Origin: Eledone cirrhosa
Lineage: Eukaryota
NCBI GenBank assembly: GCA_964016885.1
Contig: OZ024758.1
Coordinates: forward strand, 9,486,001 to 9,550,000
Length of the DNA stretch: 64,000 nt
Direction of reading: 5' to 3'
Shown: positions 15,624-27,924 of the stretch, piece by piece
How positions within the stretch are numbered: the stretch's first letter is position 1
Layout of the letters: every line of letters begins with the position of its first letter
The notes under the pieces: model-generated
Told to the model about the DNA's origin: nothing
Databases searched by the model: none
The model's input: only the letters and a program-made list of their open reading frames with translations
Program-made: the position numbers and the translations under genes

Positions 15624-18065
15624 AGACATAGATTACCAATCAGCGTGACTAAATATTTTGCCATTAATAATAATTGAAGTGAAAACCTATCATTAAAAGT
15701 ATACCGGTCAGGATCCCTCTGTCTTTTTTATTTGGTGAATAGCCCTATATAATATATACTCCCCCTTTTTTAAAGGAAAAGTCAGAAAAATTTTATTTGA
15801 TTGTTGCTAGTTTTAGTATGACAAGCGACCATGAAGAGGATCACATGTTGATTTGAAAGGAAATGGTTGAAGAACAGATGATAAAGATTTGTTTTGACGA
15901 GGTGTAACCATATAGATTTCTGGGAAAATGTAATAAGGTATGATGTTCAGAGATTCTTCAATTAACAGCTCAAGTGAGTGTCAACAATTTAAGATGGGAT
16001 TACCGATGTTTAAACCTTAGATCAGACGTGATCTAGCAGGTAAAAAAAAACTTTCCAGCCTTGACCATCCTGTATATCAGGCATAGTTTATCTGGGAATA
16101 CAGTAGCCGATTGTTAGTGTGTTCTTTCGTTCCATGTTGGCCCTAATTGCACAGACATATGATCATAGTTTTTTCTAGCCGCGATTATCCAAGGCATGAT
16201 ATACCGCAGACTACATGATCAAATGTGTCGTACCTTTTTTCTTTAAAGATATTAGTGTAGAATTTGTGGGAGATTTGGCTGTTAATTCTAACAGATCGTG
16301 CGATCATATAGAGACTGCCTCGTTAACTCAAAATCGAGGTTGATAGCAATGACGAGTGTTCTGTTATTACTGGTGGTGGTGATGATGGTGATGATTTAAA
16401 TTGATACATTGAATCTACTGAGAAAAAACGATATGGATTCTTAACACAAACAGCAATGTCAATATAACCCAAAGCGGTTCCAAATGTGAATCGAAACTTT
16501 ACTGCTACTCTACATTTTAGATGAAGAGTATAGTTAGTCACCTAGAGTCTGTTGTCTGGAGCGGCTTTTGTGTTTGTTGCTCTTTCCCACGAAAAACACA
16601 TAATATACATTGACCATACTTAAAGAAAAGGTGTCTTCCGGGAAGACCGATCTCCTCGTCTTCCTCAAGTTACTGTGTCTCACCGACTAGATCCGGGTTC
16701 TTGACTCCTATATACTTTTATCGACCCGAGAATGATGAAAGACAAAAACGACTTTGGTGTGACTTGAAGGTGCGTATTTAACCACCACGAGGTATTTTGG
16801 CCAGTAAGTACTCAATCGAATTTGCCAGTAATCGTGACTGCTTACACCAGTTTCATGAATTGTTCAACAAGCTGGCCATAACAGCTAAACTTCTTAACGA
16901 ATCACACTGTATTTGAAACAGTTTGAGCTGTCAATCGAAAGTGGGTCTTTCCCTTCAACAGTTTACTGTTACAATATTAAGGCAGGTGGGTGTGATTGGA
17001 AAGAGATATTATACCGGACACTGTAATTCTTAATATACAATATCCTTCATATACAATGCGACGTGATAGTCACGACTGGAATGCAGTTGATCATTGGCCT
17101 ACTCTATCAGTCCTGACATCAGCAGAAAACCTTGAATGTGTGTAGTCAATTGATTTGAGAGTTAAACATGAGTTAGCATTTATTTTATCGACCCTAGTGA
17201 GATGAAAGTCTTTTTTTTCTGTTCATAATTCCACTCACATCTAGAATGTTTTATAGAAATATTAAATCGATCTCCAGTACTTCAAAGGTACATTATTTTA
17301 TCGATCCTGGAAATTTGATAGGCCAAGTTGAACTTGGTGTGATTCGAACTCAACGTAGAGGAATATAACAAAACATACTGTTAGGAAGAACCGATTCTAT
17401 AACTCGATGCCTACTATGTAAGAACACGTGTGTTTGTGTGTGTATTCCTGCATAGTTTAGGAGTCATTGAATATCAGAATCAATAATTCGTTGAAGTAAA
17501 TACCGTATAGTACACTTCACACTCGCATATATCAACATTTCCTTTAAACATGTATTGAAAATAGGACTGTGTTTTAAGTGTTTCTTTTATATTATTGGTT
17601 TGTTTTTCTTTTATATTTTAATGTAAGTTCTTTAACAATCCAAACAAATAATAATGAACCCCCCCCCCCGACAAACAATAATGAACCCCTCCTTCCCCAG
17701 GAAATATGAAGGTTCTCCTTTATATTTCCCTTTGAGTCTGTTTACCGTTTCTGTGTAGCGGCCTCAGTTTAAATAAATATACGTACGTATATCATCTGGC
17801 ATTGTTTTTCCTGCATTCTTTTTTTCTTTTGTCTCTCTATCTCTGTCTCAATATTATTGGTCAGCTATACCACGAAGACCAGTAGCAGCACCACTAACTA
17901 GCCAACTGCTTATCGCCAGAGGACTTTATATTACATTCCAGGCGGATTAGCGAATTTAACAAAGCAGAAAAAAAAAAGTAAATTTCCACAATTTTACTAG
18001 TTACAGTGGTAGAACTATTATGTCTTTTTAATTTGCTTTAGGACCTAATCGTCCTATTTACTCAC

Positions 18066-18132
18066 CTTCCTGGATTTCGGGGAACCTCGTCAAAACTACA
18101 GCCGGCCACCGAACCCACCCAGGAATTTTCTC
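18066..18132 (-). other. Candidate spliced exon (67 nt)
   Basis: tattcttgtag acceptor, GAAG|GTGAGT consensus donor, GC-rich unique core, two open frames. Confidence 0.4.
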
Positions 18133-18213
18133 CTACAAGAATATTCATGGAATCATGGCGAAGGGGGTATTATTATTATTTTATTACTATCGTCATTGAT
18201 CTAGGTTCACCTC

Positions 18214-18245
<32 letters not shown>

Positions 18246-18419
18246 GTACCGTCATTCCGTTACTTATCATTTCATGCGATTTCGACCCAGCCCCTGTTTG
18301 TAACCCCACCCCCTGTAATATCCCCCATCTGTAACCCCCCTGTAATATCCCCCCCATAATATCCCCCCCGTCTGTTACCCTTCTGTCAATAATAAAGAGA
18401 TATAATAATTATCATTATT

Positions 18420-18575
18420 CATGCTTTCTAGCACAGTTACGTCTCTTCACGGTCTGAGTTCAAATCCCGCCGAGGTTAACTTTGCCTTTCATCCTTACGG
18501 GGTCGATAAAATAAAGTACCAGTAATGTATTGGGTAATTGCTGGCCTTGTGCCAAAAGTAGAAACAATTATTATT
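18420..18575 (+). mobile_element. SINE family A, 5'-truncated
   Basis: B box, Nin-like domain, GTAGAAACAATTATT tail. Confidence 0.85.
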
Positions 18576-18963
18576 AATAATAAAAGTACCAGTCAAGTAT
18601 AACCGACTTTCCTCTCCACCTAAATGGCTGGTCATGTATCTAAAATAAATACTGTTACTATTATTATTACAACGGATCCTTGTTTACCGTCTGAGTTTAA
18701 CGCCTGTCGAGTTCTGAGGTTTATAAAGTACCAATCAAGTACTGGGGTCGATTTAATCGACCACCCCCTCTCATATCATTTTCTGATCTATGTAAGAAAA
18801 CCATTATTGTAATGGAAAGCGAAGTGGCAGACGACAAAATGCGTTGCAGTATTTTGTCTTTTTAAAGTTCCAATCTCGCCAGGATCGACCTACTATTCCC
18901 TCTCCCTGGGGAGAGGAGGTGTCGATACAATAATATATATCAGTCAATTATACCCAACCCCCC

Positions 18964-19211
18964 TTAACTTTTTTGGCACCGGCCTGGCCTGACCAAAACC
19001 GCCCCTCTTTCTATGAAACACAAAAAAAAAACAAACAAAAAACACACACCCATTTTGAATAAACCCTTCCAACAATTTTATATACGAACATATATTAAAG
19101 TTTCTATCTTTGTAATGAAATAATTAACATTTTAGTCAACCCCTCTAAATTCCTAATTAATTAATTGAAATACAGTACGTTTCATTAGAATTAAATTAAT
19201 TAAAGGGTTAA
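18964..19211. mobile_element. TTAA-flanked piggyBac-like MITE (degenerate)
   Basis: TTAA at both ends, right end AAAGGGTTAA; homologous to 63001-63236. Confidence 0.5.
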
Positions 19212-19479
19212 TTAGTGGTATTTTGTCAAAGTTAGAAATCATTATTGTTGCTTTAGTGTCGATGTAAACAATCGGCAAATTGCAGTGATGATTCAGTTTC
19301 ACCTCCCGATTGAATCTTCTCGGTTTTCATTATTCATAGTTGATCAGGCATGGCTGTATGGTTAAGAAGTTTGTTTATCAACTACATCGTTTCGGGTTCG
19401 ATCTCGCTGCATGTCACATTGGGCGTAGTTTACTGTATATATATGGAAGTGTCACTCCCATTGGAGCCGTAGGGGCGCC

Positions 19480-19700
19480 ATAATAACATACGACGTGTTT
19501 TTGGTGTTTTAAACCTGGCAGAGTCCATCCTCTCTCCAGGTTTGAACACAGTCGATTCCTTCCACAGAAGGAGAGAGAGAGGTGAGAAAGAGATATAGAA
19601 GAATAATCAATCCCAGTACTGGACTGGTACTTTTTTTATCGACCTCGAAAGGATGAAAGACGAAGTTGACTGCGGTGGGGATGAATACCACAAAACATAT
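19480..19700 (+). repeat. Dispersed repeat (TTTAAACCTGGCAGAGTCCAT...CCAGGTTTGAACACAG), often joined to a reversed Nin-like SINE part
   Basis: Homologues at about 24065-24190 (-), 35990-36200, 40790-40970, 56935-57040. Confidence 0.65.
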
Positions 19701-20144
19701 CCGACGTTCTAGCGACTAATCCGTTGCCTTATTCTGTTTTTGCGTGATAGACTTCTGTTGCCCGTTTTAACACTACTTGGCCCTTGGGTAGAATTTAGTG
19801 GCGTCCACTCTTGCAATAATTAGAGCCCCCGTCTGATAATAACAAACGACGCCTCACCAATTTGGAAGCCCTAAAGTAGGACATGGGTTCTAGCTTCCTC
19901 CTTTAAATCGGTAACAAAAACTACCCTGTCTACTCACTTGGTATAATGCTTCATATCTTTTAAAAATCTGCCTTGATTCTTCTTGAGAAGCCCTTCATTT
20001 TAAGGGTATGTAAGCATACTCCATGTGTCTTTCTTTGTGTAAAGGACAATGGGGTACGAGTTGAGGGACATTTTACTTCTCTTTCCATCTGGTCGAGCGA
20101 CTGCATTAATGTTCTTTAATTGTGTGTGTGTGTGTGTGTGTGTT

Positions 20145-20178
<34 letters not shown>

Positions 20179-20684
20179 TGAGAGAGAGAAAGAGAGAGAT
20201 GAGAGAAATTACCGATTTTCCAACTCCCCCTATTATTTGGGACCCGAGAGTACTCGTTAAGTTTTTACATGTAAGGGGCTATCAGTAGTCTCTAGACACG
20301 TTTATCCCATAACATTTGAACATTAAAACACCTGTTTACGGCCGAATTGGTTACGAAGTTCTCTTCGCAATCATGTGGATTGATCTCTGCATGTTAGGCA
20401 GGTCTACTTAAGCCTCGGATAGTTAGATTCTTATAATTCTGAGAGATTCAGCGGGAGTCACCCTCTCTCACCCCGTTACCCCCCCCCCCATTCTATTGTG
20501 GGGGAGTCGATTGTGAGCATGTCGGAGGTCAGATTAGTTGAAAATACAAAAAAAAAAAAACAAAAAAAAACTAGGAAAAAATAAATTTTCTTAATGATTC
20601 CTCGCTGGTGCTTTTTTTTCGATCATTCCATGAGAGTATCTTGGTCAGCCTATGAACTTTTCAGCCTATACACTTCACTTAATA

Positions 20685-20880
20685 CAAGCGTTGGTTGAAA
20701 GGTTCATAGGCTGACTATGAAGGAGTGATGCTAGAGCTGTGAAATCTTGCATGCATTAATTCCAACTCTTATTAATAACTGTATTGTTTTCTTTCCAGAA
20801 ACTATGTTGAAAAACAAGCCTCATCTGGTCATTCCTTGAGAGTATCTTGGGCAGCCTATGAACTTTTTAGCCGACCCCCT
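20685..20880. mobile_element. Mariner-like MITE
   Basis: TIRs GTTGGTTGAAAGGTTCATAGGCTG / CAGCCTATGAACTTTTTAGCCGAC, TA flanks; extra right end at 20622-20668. Confidence 0.7.
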
Positions 20881-20949
20881 TAACAGTTTAAAATTAGGGT
20901 GGCGGGTGGTGCTACATTTTGTATCTGAGCTGGGTCTCTCAATACTTGT

Positions 20950-21218
20950 ACATGCTACCCAACCCTTATCTCACCTATCTTCTACATGGTACCCCACCCT
21001 TATCTGACCTAGGTTTATCTTCTACATGTTAGCCCAGCCACCCTTATCTGACCTAGGTCTATCTTCTACATGCTACCCCACCCTTATCTCACCTACCTTC
21101 TACATGGTACTCCCACCCTTATCTGACCTAGGTCTATCTTCTACATGCTACCCCAGCCACCCTTATATCACCTATCTTCTACATGCTACCCCACCCTTAT
21201 CTCACCTATCTTCTACCC
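20950..21218. repeat. Variable 30-41 bp minisatellite
   Basis: Recurring CCACCCTTATCT(C/G)ACCTA...TCTTCTACATG. Confidence 0.85.
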
Positions 21219-21821
21219 CAGCCATTTCACTAAACATCTGCTCCACTATTAACAGAAACTGTCTTCTCCCGTCACACCAGTGTTATCCTCCTACATATCC
21301 TTTCTTTTTCTTTCTTTCCATAATCTTCTTCTTCTTTGCCTTTAATTTCTCTCTCTCTCCACCTCACCTTTTATTTCTCCCCCCCCCCCCTCCCTCTCTC
21401 CCCCTCCCTCTCCCCCCTCTCCCCCTCTCCCTCTCTCCCTCTCTCCCCCTCTCCCTCTCTCCCCCTCTCCCTCTCTCCCCCTCTCTCTCTCTCCTTCTCT
21501 CCTTGTCTTTTATTTCTCTCCCTTCTCTCCTCCTATCCTTTTCTCTCATTTCCTCTCATTTCCTCTTCCTCTTTATCCTTCTCTATCACCCCCCCCCCCT
21601 CCTCCCCCCTCTCCTCACCACCACCTTCCCCACTCCTCACCACCACCCTCCCCCTCTTCTCACCCCCTCTCCTCACCACCCTTCCCCCTCTCCTGTATTA
21701 TATTCTGTACAACAAAGCGGAATAATGGATAAAAGGTTTATTATTGGCAGAAGGAGTTTATCGTCTTTTTAATTATATATATATATATGTAAACACACAC
21801 ACGCACGCGCGCACACACACA

Positions 21822-21900
21822 CAGGGTGTTCCAAAAAAATGTATACACACTGTGATTAGAATGCTGTTGAAATATATATACATTTTTGGGGGACACCCTG
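21822..21900. mobile_element. 79-bp Tc1/mariner-type MITE
   Basis: TIRs CAGGGTGTTCCAAAAAAATGTATA / TATACATTTTTGGGGGACACCCTG followed by TA. Confidence 0.8.
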
Positions 21901-22020
21901 TATAAATATATATTGATGGTCACGAGAATAAGTACTCAATATCATAGTAGAGATTAATATATTCTTAATACGGCCAAGCTTGGAGTTATTACAGACTAAC
22001 GAGCTTCAGTTTTGACTTCA

Positions 22021-22067
<47 letters not shown>

Positions 22068-22193
22068 CAAAAGGGATATTCAATAAATATAAATGTTTAT
22101 AACTGATTCAGAGCACTCAACAGTTTTTTTTTTTCTGGAGTATAATATACAATGATATTAAATAAATGGAAACTATATTTATAAAACCATATT

Positions 22194-22254
22194 TATTCTA
22201 TTATATATATTTCAAGGGTACCAAAACTTTGGTACGCTCTCATCAGATAAAATA
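22194..22254 (-). ncRNA. Type I hammerhead ribozyme (mirror copy)
   Basis: Reverse complement of 22367-22427. Confidence 0.75.
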
Positions 22255-22366
22255 CAAAGTTTGTTTTATAAATATTGACATAACCAAGGAACATACCTTA
22301 ACGGTTCAAGTTTTTTCGTTAAGGTATTTTTCCTTGGTTATGTCAATATTTATAAAACAAACTTTG

Positions 22367-22427
22367 TATTTTATCTGATGAGAGCGTACCAAAGTTTCGG
22401 TACCCTTGAAATATATATAATAGAATA
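22367..22427 (+). ncRNA. Minimal type I hammerhead ribozyme
   Basis: TATTTTAT-CTGATGA-GAGCGTACC(AAAGTTTC)GGTACCCTT-GAAA-TATATA-TA-ATAGAATA; 8-bp stem I, AUA cleavage triplet. Confidence 0.8.
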
Positions 22428-22478
22428 AATATGGTTTTATAAATATAGTTTCCATTTATTTAATATCATTGTATATAT

Positions 22479-22670
22479 ATATAGAATACACAAGAATCAA
22501 AGCATGTTAGAACATTTAATTGCTTTAATTCTTGTGTATTCTATATAACTGCTCTGTATAACAACTGATGTTCTTACATTGAGCTATTTCTCTTACTGGT
22601 AATAAGGTAGTAATAAATTACTGACCTACCCTGTTTATAGATAGTATCCTTATAAATAGTATCCTTAATA
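22479..22670 (+). mobile_element. Second small fold-back plus tail element in (TA)n
   Basis: TAGAATACACAAGAATCAAAGCA / TGCTTTAATTCTTGTGTATTCTA arms, about 125-nt tail into (TA)n; no ribozyme seen. Confidence 0.5.
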
Positions 22671-23400
22671 TTATATATATATATATACACACATAGTGAA
22701 ATATTCTGTTTTTAGGTTACTTTACTAGGAATCTACCTAGTGAATGATGCTTGTGAAGTTTTCTTGTTTTAGATTTCTTTACTGGGAACCTACCTTGCTC
22801 AAAAACACAGCTCACAACCCAGTCCAGGAAACGAACCCACGTACTTCCACTTCAAATTACATTACCTTCATAAAAAATTAAAATCACATTGGATAATGTA
22901 ATACTGAAAAAGGGAGTTAATCTCACGGGCGCATTCGATTATGCTGACCAGAGGTTAAACAATAACGGCCTCAGGTGCATGGTAAAAATACCACTAGTGT
23001 ATAACAGAGTTTAAATGATATTTAATTAAGATAATTCTTACAGGTTACACGGTTATTAATTAAAATTTAGTTTGAATTTCTTAAAATCAAACAAATACTT
23101 TTTTTTTAAACTTTGAACTCAAAGCTACTGTTTTAAATAAACGTGTCATTCCCTAGTTTCTCACCTGTGCAATTATTACTATATAATATATATATATAAA
23201 ATATTCATTTAAATTTGGTGGTTCACCACTGTATAGGACTGGTCATTCCGTATAGTTGACAGGATAGTGTTTGCAGGAGTAAAACTTTGAAGGAATTTCA
23301 CCAGTTCGGCCTCGCGTCATTTTACTCAATATATATATAATAGATAGATGTAAACACCTAGATGTAAACACCTAGATGTAAACACCTTGTCTATATTTAC

Positions 23401-23461
<61 letters not shown>

Positions 23462-23704
23462 ATGTATGAACTTGTAACTCCTGATGGAGTGGTAGGAGTA
23501 CCTTAGAGATATACAACGGGCCTCGAGCCCTTGATGGAACCCATCCCCTCTCCAGGACAATGCATCTACGTTGACAGAAAAAGAAAGATCAATCGTATTC
23601 GATTCAATCCTAGGTTGGGAACTATCCACAAACATGCTGATGATAAACCTACTGTTATTAGTGGCTTAAGTAATCTGGGGAGATCAATATACATCTGTTT
23701 ATAT

Positions 23705-23890
23705 CAGGGTTTCCCAAACTTTTTCAAATGCAGAACCCTTTTAGGTTCAGAAACTTTTGGAGGAACCCAAAGTGTAATACTGTTATATGATCATAATATA
23801 AATACACTCCTCTACCTTTTTTTTCATGGAACCCCAGACACTCGTTTGTGGAACCCTTGGGTTCGATGGAACCCACTTTGGGAACCACTG
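23705..23890. mobile_element. hAT (Charlie-like) MITE
   Basis: TIRs CAGGGTTTCCCAAA / TTTGGGAACCACTG, subterminal GGAACCC repeats, 8-bp TSD GTTTATAT/GTCTATAT. Confidence 0.85.
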
Positions 23891-24469
23891 GTCTATATAC
23901 ATTATTGAGAGGTTTTGAATTGGTAAAGTCATTAGAACGTCAGATAGGATGTTTTGCGGTTTTCATTCCGGTTCTTTCCGCTCAGGTCAACTTTATCTTT
24001 CATCCTTTCGAAGAAATACCAGTCTTATAGGTGTCAATTCGTCCTCTTTGTCTCTCTTTCGCTTTCCTTTCTTCTCTGGAAGAAATCTGCTGTGGTCAGA
24101 CCTGCAGAGGGGTTGGGTTCTGACAGATTAAAAAAGACCCCTACCGTCAAACGCAGTATGTCACTACGGCAGCCCCATGACTCCAGGTGTTACAGAGACA
24201 CACAGTATTGACTTAAAAATCTATAGAATATACTATACATTATATAATCTATGGTGTACCCCAAACGATGAAACGTGGTACACTATAAAACCTGTTGAAA
24301 GAAAGTATTGCTAATGCATCAGTAAACCGTGTCATTTTTACACATCGTTAGTTTGTTTTACTTCTTCGTATAATCGTTCCATCTGACTTAATATATATTA
24401 TTGGTGGCATCAATTGTATTTATTATGTTTGACATTTATCTTCTTTGTGACCGTATAATAAATATATAA

Positions 24470-24509
<40 letters not shown>

Positions 24510-24561
24510 TATATATTTATATATATATATAAGTGGTAACACAACAGTTAGTTCACTATAC

Positions 24562-24607
24562 CGAGAACAATTGTTCAATTGTTTCACCCTAGCGGATCTT
24601 CAGCTCG
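24562..24607 (-). ncRNA. Minimal type I hammerhead in an 84-bp insert (24531-24614) within (TA)n
   Basis: CGAG-CTGAAGA-TCC(GCTAG)GGT-GAAA-CAATTGAACAATTG-TT-CTCG. Confidence 0.7.
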
Positions 24608-24610
24608 TAC

Positions 24611-24656
<46 letters not shown>

Positions 24657-24658
<2 letters not shown>

Positions 24659-24833
24659 ATTGTTTCTACTTTTGGCACAAGGCCAGCAATTACCCAGTAC
24701 ATTACTGGTACTTTATTTTATCGACCCCGTAAGGATGAAAGTTAAAGTTAACCTCTGCGGTATTTGATCTCAGAGCTAAAGGGCCGTAACTCCATGCTGC
24801 ACAGCGTGGCCTCAGACCCTCTACCGATACTGC
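24657..24833 (-). mobile_element. SINE family A
   Basis: Colinear with 3105-3293. Confidence 0.85.
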
Positions 24834-25079
24834 TGGTGAATTATACTATTTATATTTACGTTATACATGTTACTTTGTTACTATTTTGTGACAATATATA
24901 TATTACTTAACCTTGAATGATGAGGTCAGGGTGCTACTGGTACCATTTAACCCAGTACAGTTTTCATGGTCGAATAATCGGCGACTAAATCGGCTTTTTG
25001 TGTTGTTGGAGTTCCAATTACTCTCCTCACCAGACCAGGACCTTGTGGGGGGAGGGTAAGTGGAACCCCAGCAGCACAC

Positions 25080-25110
<31 letters not shown>

Positions 25111-25382
25111 CAAGAACTGTTAAAAGGGAGATTGAATTCCTCAGAGTGAACGGCCATCTACTCCAACGATGGGTTGAATAACCTCACTAACTCGCAATTG
25201 GCCAAGTGGGGGTGAGTACGGCTACGTTCCTGACATGACGAAAAGGAAACAGAAAGCGGAGGAGGTCAACCGGGTGGGTTCTTCCAGCAGGAATGAGAAG
25301 GCCCTGGATTGGACTGGATTATATTGCTAGGATAGCATACCATTGATTGTCATACATACGTTCTACTTTATACTATTAGTAA

Positions 25383-27041
25383 GTGGATTGGCAGAATCGG
25401 TAGAGGGTCGGACGCCATGCTAGGGCGGTGGATTGGCAGTATCGGTAGAGGGTCGGACGCCATGCTAGGGCGGTGGATTGGCAGTATCGGTAGAGGGTCG
25501 GACGCCATGCTAGGGCGGTGGATTGGCAGTATCGGTAGAGGGTCGGACGCCATGCTAGGGCGGTGGATTGGCAGTATCGGTGGAGGGTCGGACGCCATGC
25601 TAGGGCGGTGGATTGGCAGTATCGGTAGAGGGTCGGACGCCATGCTAGGGCGGTGGATTGGCAGTATCGGTAGAGGGTCGGACGCCATGCTAGGGTGGTG
25701 GATTGGCAGTATCGGTAGAGGGTCGGACGCCATGTTAGGGTGGTGGATTGGCAGTATCTGTAGAGGGTCGGACGCCATGCTAGGGTGGTGGATTGGCAGT
25801 ATCGGTAGAGGGTCGGACGCCATGCTAGGGTGGTGGATTGGCAGTATCGGTAGAGGGTCGGACGCCATGTTAGGGTGGTGGATTGGCAGTATCGGTAGAG
25901 GGTCGGACGCCATGTTAGGGTGGTGGATTGGCAGTATCGGAAGAGGGTCGGACGCCATGTTAGGGTGGTGGATTGGCAGTATCAGTAGAGGGTCGGACGC
26001 CATGTTAGGGTGGTGGATTGGCAGTATCGGTAGAGGGTCGGACGCCATGTTAGGGTGGTGGATTGGCAGTATCTGTAGAGGGTCGGACGCCATGCTAGGG
26101 CGGTGGATTGGCAGTATCGGTAGAGGGTCGGACGCCATGCTAGGGCGGTGGATTGGCAGTATCGGTAGAGGGTCGGACGCCATGCTAGGGTGGTGGATTG
26201 GCAGTATCGGTAGAGGGTCGGACGCCATGCTAGGGTGGTGGATTGGCAGTATCTGTAGAGGGTCGGACGCCATGCTAGGGTGGTGGATTGGCAGTATCGG
26301 TAGAGGGTCGGACGCCATGTTAGGGCGGTGGATTGGCAGTATCGGTAGAGGGTCGGACGCCATGCTAGGGCGGTGGATTGGCAGTATCGGTAGAGGGTCG
26401 GACGCCATGCTAGGGCGATGGATTGGCAGTATCGGTAGAGGGTCGGACGCCATGTTAGGGTGGTGGATTGGCAGTATCTGTAGAGGGTCGGACGCCATGC
26501 TAGGGCGGTGGATTGGCAGTATCGGTAGAGGGTCGGACGCCATGCTAGGGCGGTGGATTGGCAGTATCGGTAGAGGGTCGGACGCCATGCTAGGGCGGTG
26601 GATTGGCAGTATCGGTAGAGGGTCGGACGCCATGCTAGGGCGATGGATTGGCAGTATCGGTAGAGGGTCGGACGCCATGCTAGGGCGGTGGCTTGGCAGT
26701 ATCGGTAGAGGGTCGGACGCCATGCTAGGGCGGTGGCTTGGCAGTATCGGTAGAGGGTCGGACGCCATGCTAGGGCGGTGGATTGGCAGTATCGGTAGAG
26801 GGTCGGACGCCATGCTAGGGCGGTGGATTGGCAGTATCGGTAGAGGGTCGGACGCCATGCTAGGGTGGTGGATTGGCAGTATCGGTAGAGGGTCGGACGC
26901 CATGCTAGGGTGGTGGATTGGCAGTATCGGTAGAGGGTCGGACGCCATGCTAGGGTGGTGGATTGGCAGTATCGGTAGAGGGTCGGACACCATGCTAGGG
27001 CAGTGGATTGGCAGTATCGGTAGAGGGTCGGACGCCATGCT
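25383..27041 (+). repeat. 37 tandem copies of the first 45 nt of SINE family A
   Basis: Unit AGGGCGGTGGATTGGCAGTATCGGTAGAGGGTCGGACGCCATGCT, exact 45-bp period from 25411 to 27031. Confidence 0.97.
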
Positions 27042-27190
27042 TTCCAGCATAGTTACGTCCCTTTACGATCTGAGTTCAAATCCCGCCGAGGTTGACTTTG
27101 CCTTTCATCCTTACGGGGTCGATAAAATAAAATACCAGTAATGCACTGGTGTATTGCTGGCCTTGTGCCTAACGTAGAAACAATTATTAG
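26997..27190 (+). mobile_element. SINE family A body continuing from last array unit
   Basis: B box, Nin-like domain, tail; TSD TATTAGTAAGT at 25374-25384 and 27185-27195. Confidence 0.9.
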
Positions 27191-27838
27191 TAAGTATATA
27201 TATATAAGTAGAAGGTATCATCATCATCATCATCATCCTCGTGGAAAGTGGACGTTAAACGAGGATGATGATGATGATAATACCTTTTACTGTGAGTGGC
27301 CATATCATTTATACTGTTGGTATTATATCATTAGTCACAATTATTGACTGCCGCAGCCGTTCAAAACGACAGGTGAAACTATTCATACATTATTCGCCTA
27401 AAGACTTATCACTTTCCATTGAATAGTAAACATTTAATACCAATAATTTATAAATATCATACTGCATACCACTCGTTGAAAATGATAGATAACAGCGGTG
27501 ATTAAATTTCACAATCACTCGTTTCATGTTAAATGAACATTTGTGTGTGTGTGTGTGTTTTTTTACTGGTCCATTGAACGGTTTACTAATAGTTATAGTA
27601 GCTGTTCCTTAAGATACACTTTCAATAGAAAGAAGAGTAGAAATATCCAGCAAAGTTTGTGAAATCACTGTCTTAAGTTATGCCATTCTCCTCCATCTAC
27701 ATTTCTCTCTTTATATCTATATTTTTTAATGTGTATCACAATATAGATATAATGTCAATTTCATTTCATCAAAAGATTTTTTTTTTTAGTAAACTTGTAA
27801 GATCGTACGTGTGTGTATGTATAACTATATGTCTGTAA

Positions 27839-27897
<59 letters not shown>

Positions 27898-27924
27898 TAA
27901 ATGTCAACATCCAGAGTTGACATT

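Larger units (their letters stand above)
22065..22475. mobile_element. Penelope-like fold-back element: about 160-bp arms, about 80-nt tail, two divergent hammerheads
   Basis: 22145-22303 is a near-perfect reverse complement of 22318-22475; (TA)n on both sides. Confidence 0.85.

Noticed and set aside
23470-23690. LEPL...HADD resembling an L1/Tx1 RT motif
   Set aside because: Too degenerate to call without a search
25735-26460. TTAGGG hexamers
   Set aside because: Single hexamers produced by a C>T variant at unit junctions, not a telomeric array
25368-27141. 560- and 574-aa repeat ORFs on both strands; CRISPR-like appearance
   Set aside because: A stop-free 45-bp unit is automatically open; the unit is a SINE head; there are no unique spacers or cas genes
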